61,619 nt of DNA from a virus (taxonomy: Duplodnaviria; Caudoviricetes), in IMG/VR virus record IMGVR_UViG_3300037465_000172, positions 1-61,619 of that record; one strand, written 5' to 3'. A program made the position numbers and the translations under genes. Below, one piece after another: positions 29,693-38,359 of this stretch. The notes beneath the pieces were generated by a model. The model saw only the letters and a program-made list of their open reading frames with translations, was not told the origin of the DNA and made no database searches. The stretch's first letter is position 1. Every line of letters begins with the position of its first letter.

Positions 29693-31948
29693 TTACTCCG
29701 GGCGGTAGTCGTACGGAAGCGCGCCAACAGGCAAATACTGAAGTTCGTTTTTAGCAAAGCGAACAGTACAACGTCGATCAGTATTTTGTGAATCTGCAGC
29801 GTGAATGACAGCACGGAACGGTACATCGGCGTGCTCAGTAAGGAGATCAACACCGTACATGTCCCCAATCAAAATTCCGTTTTTATAAAACCGAACAACT
29901 TTGCTGGCGAAGTCGATTTCTGCGCCAATTACATCGCCGAGGCCGTATGAAGGCCCAGTTCCGATCCACACTGCTCCTTCATAAATGCGCCCATCGTTCC
30001 GGTAAAGGTAAAACCCTTTACGGTAATTAGAGCCAAAAGAAGAGAAACCGGAGATTTCTGATGTCTCATGATTAAGCCCCGGCACAAAGCCGATACCAGA
30101 CTCTCCATTAGTACTTTCAAATGTAGTGAATACCACCTCGAAATAAAAACGTTGTTCCGAAACTCCAAGATTTTTAATGCCCGCATCAACAAACGCAGAA
30201 GCGTAAGCTACAGAATTGAGAGCCGCGACGCCCGTACCGATAATTCCTTTGCGATCAGCAGTGAGATCCGCACGTTGGTCCTGTGAAGAATCGGTAAGAA
30301 GAACTGGAGGAGGCTCTCCAAATCGCGGATTCAACTCGTACTCAAACACCAGATATGCATCGCGGGCAAGCGCGCCCATAAACAGCGCATTAGAACGTCC
30401 GTTTGGAGTAAGCAGCGCATATCCGTCTGTTTGATATCCGCGAAACATTTCTGGTGCACATGGCATTGATGAGAGCTGGGTATTGTTGACAAGAATCCGC
30501 CGCGAGTTAACTCCAAAAGTACTTACGACATTGTAAGGATCAGTAGTCCCGCCGATGCGAAACCGATAGGTTGCTACCGTTACAACATCAAACACAATAG
30601 CGAGAGTTACGTCATCATCACTACTTCCGTCGCCATTAAGTTCGTGGAAAAAATAATGCGCTAGGCCAAAGGTGCTGCGAACACCCCCACTTTGTCCGGG
30701 CGGCGTAATAAATCCCATCTCACCGTTAGGACCTTCGACGGAAATAAAATAATATTCAATATCATCAGGTGCCGTCGAGTCGCGCATGACCGCTGAAAAC
30801 GTATAACGTCCGGGCGGTAGTTCTATGTCAATGTACGCTTCATGACGCCCTGTATTAGCTGAAAATACGATTTCATTAGCAAGCCTATTCTGGTCGCCTA
30901 CATCAGTACTTACAGAAATCCCGGCGTTGAGCGCGGTCCATCCATCTCCCATGTTTGGCGCTGAGAACGGGAACAAGTTGTCGCTGTACCGCCCCGAGTA
31001 ATCGAGTGTATATGCCGCAAGCTCGGCATTCGGCAAAAGAGGTGCTGTAACTGCAAGAATAGTAGATTCGATAGCAGGAATTGGCGGTTCAAGCCCTGCA
31101 AGAGAATCATAATCTATTCCTATTTCAGCAATCTCGCCAACTACAAAAGCTGCAGTCAAAGCTTTATTAGACTGCGGCAGCATGTCTGGTCCACGTACGT
31201 TTACAGAAAGTCGCGGATTATTGAACGGGTTAATCCGCATACCACACTGAGAAAATGGACGATCTTGATTTACGTTCCGGTAAATCTGTACAACCCCAAT
31301 AGCGCCCCACGAACTGCTACCAAACGTGATTTGCAACGGCTCGTTGCTGTCACTAACTTCGACAAACCGATACGCCGCAACAACTGCACTGCCACCAGCT
31401 TCTTCGACGATGTCGTCACCAGTACTGTTTCCTTCACCAATACTAAGTTTGTTCCATACAGTGTTGCTTACAGCACGATTCACAGCAAGATTGGCAGCTT
31501 TAGCGAAAGTAAAAAATGCCAACAACAAATCACCCGGACGCGCATTGATGAGGTTCGGGTTGACTGTATAAGAAGTCGAAGTACCTACAGCTTCAAACGA
31601 CTGCGTTTCTATATGCAAAACACGACGCGACCGATCAATAAATCGATCAAAGAATGCCGCCGTCAGTGCGTGACGAACTACTTGCCCAACGGGCCAGTCA
31701 TATGCTTCTGTCTCTTCCGCTTTGCGCTCAACAGTCAAAACGTTACCGCTACGCGCAGTGACGTTCATAATCTCAAACTTATTGTTCACGGGATCGCGCA
31801 AGACAATCGTGAAGATCTGAGTGGAGTTTGCGGGGCTTGGAAAAATAGAACCGTCATCGACAATGATTTGAGTGTCGAGAATGTCAACTGCTGCAGCAAG
31901 CGCCGACACAGCGTTGTTAGCCCACATCAAAGACCGTGTCTCGGGCAT
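29693..31948 (-). CDS. tail fibre / receptor-binding protein with C-terminal SPRY-like domain
   Basis: N-terminal ANNA anchor domain; FYFEV..GIG..GDVIG..D...V.FYKNG. Confidence 0.7.
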   Translation of the reverse strand: MPETRSLMWANNAVSALAAAVDILDTQIIVDDGSIFPSPANSTQIFTIVLRDPVNNKFEIMNVTARSGNVLTVERKAEETEAYDWPVGQVVRHALTAAFFDRFIDRSRRVLHIETQSFEAVGTSTSYTVNPNLINARPGDLLLAFFTFAKAANLAVNRAVSNTVWNKLSIGEGNSTGDDIVEEAGGSAVVAAYRFVEVSDSNEPLQITFGSSSWGAIGVVQIYRNVNQDRPFSQCGMRINPFNNPRLSVNVRGPDMLPQSNKALTAAFVVGEIAEIGIDYDSLAGLEPPIPAIESTILAVTAPLLPNAELAAYTLDYSGRYSDNLFPFSAPNMGDGWTALNAGISVSTDVGDQNRLANEIVFSANTGRHEAYIDIELPPGRYTFSAVMRDSTAPDDIEYYFISVEGPNGEMGFITPPGQSGGVRSTFGLAHYFFHELNGDGSSDDDVTLAIVFDVVTVATYRFRIGGTTDPYNVVSTFGVNSRRILVNNTQLSSMPCAPEMFRGYQTDGYALLTPNGRSNALFMGALARDAYLVFEYELNPRFGEPPPVLLTDSSQDQRADLTADRKGIIGTGVAALNSVAYASAFVDAGIKNLGVSEQRFYFEVVFTTFESTNGESGIGFVPGLNHETSEISGFSSFGSNYRKGFYLYRNDGRIYEGAVWIGTGPSYGLGDVIGAEIDFASKVVRFYKNGILIGDMYGVDLLTEHADVPFRAVIHAADSQNTDRRCTVRFAKNELQYLPVGALPYDYRPE

Positions 31949-31951
31949 GGA

Positions 31952-32287
31952 TCAGCCTCCAACCAACGACTGAAGCCATTCCAAAGTCTGTGCCGTCACT
32001 GTATGGACCACTGAAGATCCTTCGGGAAACGCAGTAGGTGTCGTCCCCTCCTGCCCGCGCTCAACTGTCATCAAGTCGCCAACCCGTTGTGTAACATGAA
32101 CGATCTCGACGTCCCCTGTCGTAAAGTTATAGATCGATAGCTTAAAGATCTCGTTGGGAATAGGACTAGGAAAACGTGAACCCGTACCTGCGGAAACTAT
32201 GATTGTCGTCTGCGCATTGCTGATAGAGCCCACCAGCCGCGACTGTGCATTATTGGCGAACAAATGGGTCCGTGTATCGTACGGCAC
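31952..32287 (-). CDS. stand-alone fibre anchor-domain protein
   Basis: Whole protein equals the N-terminal domain of both neighbours. Confidence 0.7.
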   Translation of the reverse strand: MPYDTRTHLFANNAQSRLVGSISNAQTTIIVSAGTGSRFPSPIPNEIFKLSIYNFTTGDVEIVHVTQRVGDLMTVERGQEGTTPTAFPEGSSVVHTVTAQTLEWLQSLVGG

Positions 32288-32288
32288 G

Positions 32289-33353
32289 TTAGAGCCTCAT
32301 GATGAAGTACAGCGCGCGGTAAGGCGGGACTGTGGCGATGCTGGAGAGCGAGTGAGTGTGCGCTCCATCCGAAGAGATCGTGTGATCGTGCCCATCGACG
32401 CCAGTACCGGCATCTTCAACAAGCTGCGTGCCCCCGATGTTTTGGTCGATATAGCCGCCTATGTTCGGCGTCTTACCAGCAACTGCGACGCCGCTCGAAT
32501 GACCAAAGCCGACCGTTACGGAGTCAGTATCCGCAGTTGTATCAACAAAAAGCCGGTGATTGTGTGCAGGTAGCTGGGCATCAGTAAGAATAGTCTCGCC
32601 CGTAACACCGCCGTGCGTATGTGCTCCGCTCGATCCAATCGTTCCGCTTGCGGCCTCTGCACCGCCAGTTGTGCCAAGCGCACGCGTACCGCTGACACCG
32701 ATCGGAAACCGATCGCGCATGTCCGGTGTGCCGTTGGTACCATCGCAAATCGCCCACCCAGCAGGTACATTAGCCGCTGACCCGTACCATAACATGATCA
32801 TGCCGGTCTTAAAGACGTTGTTCGAAACATCGTCAGTGTTGACAAGCAGCGGCACGCCACCCGCAGTAGCGCGCGAGCCATCATTTGGAACGAGAATCTG
32901 ATTGACTGTCAGATCAATTGCGCCGCGCACAGGCACGCCAGCAATCTGCCCTGCAACCATACGCGTACCAGAGCCGCTCAGGTTTGCGTCGATGACGTCA
33001 TTACCATCCATGTCAATATCGCCCGACATGGTACCGCCGCCCTTCTGGAGAAAAACCTCCATCGAGCCTTTCGTCAACCGCAATTCGACACGCGTAAGGC
33101 CGCCCGTCCACGACTGCGCAATAGTGCCCTCCTGTGCACGCAAGACAGTCATGATGTCCGTAGCGCGCGCCGTAACACGGCAAATCTCGCGATTACCTGC
33201 AGCATCGGTGAGCGTAATCAGAAAGTACTCACCTACACCGGGGTTTGGGAACAGCGCGCCGAAGCCGGTAGCAACCTGCACGGCAAGATCGGTATCGGTG
33301 ATCGACCCGGCAAGAAGCGCGGAGGCGTTGTTCGCAAACAGCTGAATAGCCAT
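32289..33353 (-). CDS. tail fibre with collar domain
   Basis: GMIMLWYG..VPAGWAICDGTNGTPDMRDRF, HxH repeats, PPYRALYFIMRL. Confidence 0.85.
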   Translation of the reverse strand: MAIQLFANNASALLAGSITDTDLAVQVATGFGALFPNPGVGEYFLITLTDAAGNREICRVTARATDIMTVLRAQEGTIAQSWTGGLTRVELRLTKGSMEVFLQKGGGTMSGDIDMDGNDVIDANLSGSGTRMVAGQIAGVPVRGAIDLTVNQILVPNDGSRATAGGVPLLVNTDDVSNNVFKTGMIMLWYGSAANVPAGWAICDGTNGTPDMRDRFPIGVSGTRALGTTGGAEAASGTIGSSGAHTHGGVTGETILTDAQLPAHNHRLFVDTTADTDSVTVGFGHSSGVAVAGKTPNIGGYIDQNIGGTQLVEDAGTGVDGHDHTISSDGAHTHSLSSIATVPPYRALYFIMRL

Positions 33354-33354
33354 A

Positions 33355-33654
33355 TCATTCCTCCACGATCTCAAACTCGATTTCGTCTTCGCGAATCTGT
33401 CCGAGCGTAGTTTGAACCGAGAACGTCACGGTGTAATCAGTACCGTCAACTCCACCAGACACAAAATACGTGAAAAGCTTGCCGTTCGTACTAGCAACAA
33501 TCGAATTTGTTACCAGCGGCGGATCGGTGACGGGAAGTATTTCTTTCACCGTCACGACATCAATTTCCTCGTTTGTTTCGAGGAACGACGTATAGTCGAT
33601 GCCGCGCTTGCGACGTTCACCCGGCTGCTGTTTATACCTTCCGAGCACACTCAT
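33355..33654 (-). CDS. fibre-tail adaptor-like protein
   Basis: KQQPGE..IDY, VSGG.DG.DY.VT..T..G. Confidence 0.6.
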   Translation of the reverse strand: MSVLGRYKQQPGERRKRGIDYTSFLETNEEIDVVTVKEILPVTDPPLVTNSIVASTNGKLFTYFVSGGVDGTDYTVTFSVQTTLGQIREDEIEFEIVEE

Positions 33655-33655
33655 A

Positions 33656-33907
33656 TCACTTTACCCGCGAGCAAATTGGAACCAGATTAGCGCGTCGCGC
33701 CGCACGCTCATACGGATCGCGAACCGGGGCGCAGACTTTTTCGCGCGCGCCAAGCTTTCCATCAATGTATATCTCGTACGAGAAAAGCAGCAGAACTGGC
33801 TCAATAAACATGGCCGCAACACCGTTCACACCGTTAACTGCCATACGATTGACTTCGGCGTGCCCAAGCGCTGACCCAAACGCGTCAATGAGTACTGGAC
33901 CGCTCAT
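33656..33907 (-). CDS. hypothetical virion-module protein
   Basis: Fills the gap exactly between flanking genes. Confidence 0.5.
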   Translation of the reverse strand: MSGPVLIDAFGSALGHAEVNRMAVNGVNGVAAMFIEPVLLLFSYEIYIDGKLGAREKVCAPVRDPYERAARRANLVPICSRVK

Positions 33908-34317
33908 AGCCGGAAAAGTCCCCGATCTGTAACGCCAGTGTAGATGAAATAGTCAAGCCCGAGTGGGATAAACGGCTGCGTCACAAGGTCCTCTTCGCCG
34001 AGGTAGTAGATCAATTCGGATGTAGACTCAACTCCTGTATCTCGATAGAACAGCGCTGCGCCTACTTGAACAGTAGAAAGTACCAACCGAAACTCGACTG
34101 CATTACAGCGCGCAATACCGCCCGTGACGACAGAACGCCCGGTAACAGGTTCGCTAACCGCTACACGCGAGCCTGCAGGTACGCTGCTAAGATAGACATG
34201 GTTGAAGTCTGGGACATATGTCACAGGCAACAAAATCGCCCGGACAACTCCTGTCATCCAGTTAAATGCTGCGGTGAGCATTTTCTCCCGTACATGGATA
34301 TAAAGCGCACTATCCAT
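33904..34317 (-). CDS. tail-associated structural protein
   Basis: Probable ATG at 34317, just after the upstream stop. Confidence 0.55.
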   Translation of the reverse strand: MDSALYIHVREKMLTAAFNWMTGVVRAILLPVTYVPDFNHVYLSSVPAGSRVAVSEPVTGRSVVTGGIARCNAVEFRLVLSTVQVGAALFYRDTGVESTSELIYYLGEEDLVTQPFIPLGLDYFIYTGVTDRGLFRL

Positions 34318-34318
34318 G

Positions 34319-34984
34319 TCATCGTCCGAATTTTGGGAATTGCCACGCGGGCGCGTTGCTGCCGCCAAGCTTTGCCTTCGCCGCATAGACACCGATCGCG
34401 TTACGGAAGCGACGTAGGCGATACTGCGCGAGCGTGGGGTTTGTATATGGCTTCGCCGGATGCGCGTAAAGTCGTCCTAACACACCATCGAGCAGCGCGT
34501 CATAGTGCTGCGCAAACGAAACACGCGGCAAGTGACGGACTGTAATTTTCGGCGTCAGAGCGACATGAAACGTCAGCGCATCTTCAACAGTTTCTGTCGG
34601 CGTCGGCCAGAGCCGAACGTAGTCGGAATCTTCAAGGTAGTAATGCGTCGGGCGCGTTGCCGCTACTTCTTTACCCGCAGGACGCCGTGGCAAGCGACGA
34701 AGTGAAAAGCCTTCGCACTCAACATCAAGCACTTGAACAATGTTTGCGTAGGCGTCGTACGGCGACAGGATGTAGCGGCGCTTATTAGCTTTCATGTCGC
34801 GCGGACCGACGACTACGCGCCACGCGGTGCTCTGCTCGTAGAACTCGCGAGCAGTAAGCAAAAATTCTCGCTTAACAATCTTGCGGTTTGCGCCGGGAGT
34901 GTGGACCAGCAGGTCTTTTAGCCACGCGTCGATCAGAACATCGCACTCGTGCCCCGAGCTTTCAACGAGGATGTTCTCGGTCAT
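34319..34984 (-). CDS. head-tail adaptor / tail tubular A-like protein
   Basis: AREFYEQSTAWR, VRLWPTP, PAKPYTNP; synteny. Confidence 0.65.
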   Translation of the reverse strand: MTENILVESSGHECDVLIDAWLKDLLVHTPGANRKIVKREFLLTAREFYEQSTAWRVVVGPRDMKANKRRYILSPYDAYANIVQVLDVECEGFSLRRLPRRPAGKEVAATRPTHYYLEDSDYVRLWPTPTETVEDALTFHVALTPKITVRHLPRVSFAQHYDALLDGVLGRLYAHPAKPYTNPTLAQYRLRRFRNAIGVYAAKAKLGGSNAPAWQFPKFGR

Positions 34985-34992
34985 GCCAACTC

Positions 34993-35400
34993 CTACAGCG
35001 TGAGCACCATCCGCTTAAACTCGTTCATGAGCGTGATGGCGCGACCATCGTTCGTGAATTCATCTTCGACCAACTCTGCACTGGCGGCGACAAAGTAAAC
35101 CAGCGGCGGGTAAAACATCATCGGGATATCAATCTCAGCGGTCAGCGGAACATCAGAGTCTTCCTCTGGATCGAATACCGTAACATCACTATCAGGCGTA
35201 GGATCTGTTGCAAAAACCTCGGGAATAACAATTTCGTCGACGTTCCATCGATCGTAAAACGCATCAGGACGCACTCGCCCCAGTTCCTGCAGGGCGCGAT
35301 TGAGCTTGGCGAGCAAAACATCGTCGCTCCAACGATCGCCATCAGTGTCCTGCAAGAGCACGCGAACCTCAGTGATGAGATTTGCCCATGTCTTTGCCAT
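34993..35400 (-). CDS. head-tail adaptor-like protein
   Basis: VRVLLQD...RWSD..LL..LN..RPDAF. Confidence 0.65.
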   Translation of the reverse strand: MAKTWANLITEVRVLLQDTDGDRWSDDVLLAKLNRALQELGRVRPDAFYDRWNVDEIVIPEVFATDPTPDSDVTVFDPEEDSDVPLTAEIDIPMMFYPPLVYFVAASAELVEDEFTNDGRAITLMNEFKRMVLTL

Positions 35401-35410
35401 TTAGACCCCC

Positions 35411-35443
35411 AAAAGCCCCCGGAGCCATCAAAACTCCGGGGGC
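35411..35443 (-). terminator. intrinsic terminator after the capsid gene
   Basis: GCCCCCGGAG-loop-CTCCGGGGGC-TTTT on the minus strand. Confidence 0.8.
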
Positions 35444-35466
35444 ATTAGGTCATCGACTCAAGGCGA

Positions 35467-36453
35467 TCAATCGCCTTTGGAGACGACGGCGCGGCCCATT
35501 GCAACACCGTTAACGACACGGCGGCCATAGACCTGCAGGCCACGGAGCAGGTTCGAGAACGAGCGCTCGGAACGCACCGTTTCCAGCTTCGTAAACTGCG
35601 AGGCGAACGTCAGGGCGGCGGGCACACCGAAAAAGATCGGGTACTCGTCGTCGTAGACGCCCAGCTGCGGCAGGTTATTCGACAGGTAGAGCGTGAAGCG
35701 ATCTACCATGCCGAGCCGACCGTTACGCAGCATCGAAGTACCGTCACCGGCCAGCGACGCATCGCGCAGCTCCGACTTCTTGATCATTGACGCCATCCAC
35801 GCCGGGATCACGACGTAACGACCCGTCTCCGGCAGGTTTTGCTCGTCGAGCACCTGACCGAGATTGACGAGGAAGTCGATGACCGACTGCGAGTTGGACG
35901 CATCGACACCAGTGCCCGCAGACTCCGTCGCCTTCGCGATGAACTGCGGGACACCGACGTCGCCGAGCCGGATGTCGCCAGAGATCGCACCCGCCGTGAG
36001 ACCGCGATTGGCCGAGTTGATGTCGGTCGTCGTCGACAAATACGTCAGCACCTCCGAGTCAATCGCGATTTTCATCTGCTCGGTCGCGTCTTCCGCCCAG
36101 ATATCCATAAGTTGGATATCCGACTGGATCTCCATCACATCATCGAGGGCGAGGTTGAAGTATTTTGCTTTGTCGATTTGCAGTTCGACGAGGTTGCTCG
36201 ATGGACGCTGAATCGCAAGATCCATGTTCGCCGAATAGTCGGCAATCTCAATTGTCGGACGAGTGCGAATCTTGACAGTGTCGCCCTGATTCTTGATCTC
36301 ACCTTCGTAGTCCGTATTTGCGATCGCCGAGAAAACGGTCGCCTTGTAGAACTTCTCGATGAGCTTACCCGACCAGATCTCGGGGATGAAAACACCGGCG
36401 TACGCCGGAGACGGGTTGCTACCCGACCATGGAACACCAACTGGAAAACTCAT
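35467..36453 (-). CDS. major capsid protein
   Basis: FIPEIWSGKL, NTDYEGEIKNQGDTVKI, RGLQVYG; follows scaffold. Confidence 0.9.
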   Translation of the reverse strand: MSFPVGVPWSGSNPSPAYAGVFIPEIWSGKLIEKFYKATVFSAIANTDYEGEIKNQGDTVKIRTRPTIEIADYSANMDLAIQRPSSNLVELQIDKAKYFNLALDDVMEIQSDIQLMDIWAEDATEQMKIAIDSEVLTYLSTTTDINSANRGLTAGAISGDIRLGDVGVPQFIAKATESAGTGVDASNSQSVIDFLVNLGQVLDEQNLPETGRYVVIPAWMASMIKKSELRDASLAGDGTSMLRNGRLGMVDRFTLYLSNNLPQLGVYDDEYPIFFGVPAALTFASQFTKLETVRSERSFSNLLRGLQVYGRRVVNGVAMGRAVVSKGD

Positions 36454-36484
36454 GTCATGTCACTCCTAAAAAGAACGGTTCGCG

Positions 36485-37603
36485 TCAGCGAACACGACCC
36501 TCAGTCGTCGCCTTGAAAATGTCAGCTTCGATCTTCTTGGCGTCCTCGGGACGTTTCGCATATTTTCCCGCACGCAGATCGCCGTAGAATTTGGAGATCT
36601 CTGCACGGGACCAGATCCGCTTACCGGCTCCCTCTTGAGTGCTTGCTGTCCCCTGCTTTGGAGCGCCGGGGGCCACCATCCGTTCCAGCGACACCTGTGG
36701 TGCGGCAGAGCCCGCAGCAGGAGACGTGGACGGGGATGGGGTCACAGCCGCGTGTTCTTTCAGATAGCCTTGAAAAAACGCAACGACGCGCGGTCCGTCA
36801 TTGCGCTCGTACGCCTGCCAAAGCAAAGCTCTACGCTTAGCACCAGAAAACGGATCGACCTGATCGAGCCAATCGTTGAAGCCGACGTCTTCGTTTAGCT
36901 CCAACCAATTCGGCACATCACGGGTCAACAGTGCGTGAACATTTTCACGTTCGGACTGCGCAGTCTTGCGCGTCGCCTCCGTCACCTGAGCTTCAACTTC
37001 GCGCACCTTGGCCGCGACCGGCTTCAAGGTCTGCTGAAAACGAGACTCGATATCCGGCACGACGGCTTCGCGAGCAGTGCGCTTTACGAAGTCGTAGAGG
37101 TCGGAACCGAACTCGGCGATCTCTTCGTCTTTGACGAGCTTCGCAGGCGCGGCAGGTTGCACAGGCGAAGCAGCGCCCTGAGCAGGCGTGCCAAGCGAAG
37201 AGAGCAGCTTTTGGGTGGCGGCCAGCTGGTCTTCCAGCAGCCGCATACGCCGATCGCTCTCACGGGCCTGCTCTTGCAGGCGCGGGACTTCGGCGTTGTA
37301 CTTACCCTGCAACACACGGTAGCGATGCTCCCAGTCCGTAGACGAAGGCGTGGCAGGTAAAAGCGGTGCAGCAGTCTCAGCGGGCTGCGGAGGAGATGGT
37401 GCAGCAGTCTCAGCGGGCTGCGGAGGAGATGGTGCGGCAGTCTCAGCGGGCTGCGGAAGAGATGGTGCAGCAGTCTCAGCGGGCTGCGGAGGAGACGGTG
37501 CGGCAGTCTCGGCGGGTTGCTGTTGCTGCGCGCGGTTCACTTGCTCAACGATCTGGTTTGCGCGCTCAATCTGTTTGCGAACGGCGTTCGGGAGAGCACT
37601 CAT
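36485..37603 (-). CDS. capsid scaffolding protein
   Basis: WEHRYRVLQGKYNAEVPRL, coiled coil, C-terminal EGRVR; lies between portal and capsid. Confidence 0.75.
   Translation of the reverse strand: MSALPNAVRKQIERANQIVEQVNRAQQQQPAETAAPSPPQPAETAAPSLPQPAETAAPSPPQPAETAAPSPPQPAETAAPLLPATPSSTDWEHRYRVLQGKYNAEVPRLQEQARESDRRMRLLEDQLAATQKLLSSLGTPAQGAASPVQPAAPAKLVKDEEIAEFGSDLYDFVKRTAREAVVPDIESRFQQTLKPVAAKVREVEAQVTEATRKTAQSERENVHALLTRDVPNWLELNEDVGFNDWLDQVDPFSGAKRRALLWQAYERNDGPRVVAFFQGYLKEHAAVTPSPSTSPAAGSAAPQVSLERMVAPGAPKQGTASTQEGAGKRIWSRAEISKFYGDLRAGKYAKRPEDAKKIEADIFKATTEGRVR
37365..37520 (-). repeat. 33-bp coding tandem repeat x~4.7 (QPAETAAPSPP)
   Basis: GGTGCRGCAGTCTCAGCGGGCTGCGGARGAGAT units. Confidence 0.95.
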
Positions 37604-37618
37604 GTGTATTCTCGCTGA

Positions 37619-37849
37619 TTACTTGGTGATCTTTTGGAGTGTCGCTGGAGCGGTGTTCACAAGCTCAACGAGCGCTTCACACAAAAGGGCTTCGCCTTGT
37701 GCACGATGACACGAAGCACCTTCTGATCGCAGCGCAATGGCCGTTGCCTTGATTCCCGTGTCCTTAACCTCTTCCATGAAAAGTTTGAAATCCGGATTGC
37801 CATGCAGATTCACCAGTGCCTGCAACAGCTCCTTAGTAGGTTGACGCAC
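37619..37849 (-). CDS. small head-module protein
   Basis: HRAQG motif typical of the small gene between portal and scaffold. Confidence 0.6.
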   Translation of the reverse strand: MRQPTKELLQALVNLHGNPDFKLFMEEVKDTGIKATAIALRSEGASCHRAQGEALLCEALVELVNTAPATLQKITK

Positions 37850-38059
37850 TTAACCACCGGCCTTGTGCTTTCCGCCATGGCCCATCGACACGCCGTCGGT
37901 GCGGTTAATCGGCAGGTCGCGGTTGCCCTTGGTGTCGCCGATGAACTTCGAGCTTGGGCGGCCGTTATGCGACTCACCACCGCCGCCGTAATTCATCTGG
38001 CTCAGGTTATGATTGATGTCACGGTTACCCTTGGTATCGCCAATGAACTTACCTTTCAT
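37850..38059 (-). CDS. small Gly-rich protein with internal duplication
   Basis: KFIGDTKGNRD occurs twice; AGGAG upstream. Confidence 0.65.
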   Translation of the reverse strand: MKGKFIGDTKGNRDINHNLSQMNYGGGGESHNGRPSSKFIGDTKGNRDLPINRTDGVSMGHGGKHKAGG

Positions 38060-38100
38060 GTGTGCAACTCTCCTAACAGGTGCGTGGATCTGCTAAATAC

Positions 38101-38129
38101 AGCCTACTGTTTCACAACTTGTGTGTCAA
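38101..38129 (-). promoter_or_regulatory. sigma70-type promoter driving scaffold/capsid genes
   Basis: TTGACA-17 bp-TAGGCT in an intergenic gap. Confidence 0.7.
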
Positions 38130-38133
38130 AAAC

Positions 38134-38358
38134 TCAGCACTTGTGGTTTTTGACAAGCTTGCTCGCCTTACGTACATAGCCGCCATTTTTGTAACCGCGC
38201 TCCGCACGCGTAACAGCGTCTTCAATTTGCTTGCCACGCCCGCTGATCGCCGCGCCTGCACCGCGCTTTTGCACCGCGTGCACGCCGCGCCCCATTACGC
38301 CAAGTGCACGATCTTTAACCGCCTCCATGTAAGAGGGCTTAGGGTATTCCTTTTTCAT
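38134..38358 (-). CDS. small basic protein with YKNGG motif
   Basis: GGAGG then ATG at 38358, right after the portal stop. Confidence 0.6.
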   Translation of the reverse strand: MKKEYPKPSYMEAVKDRALGVMGRGVHAVQKRGAGAAISGRGKQIEDAVTRAERGYKNGGYVRKASKLVKNHKC

Positions 38359-38359
38359 C

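Noticed and set aside
37365-37520. CRISPR-like array
   Set aside because: Units are contiguous with no unique spacers and are in-frame coding repeats; the same holds for 4387-4730
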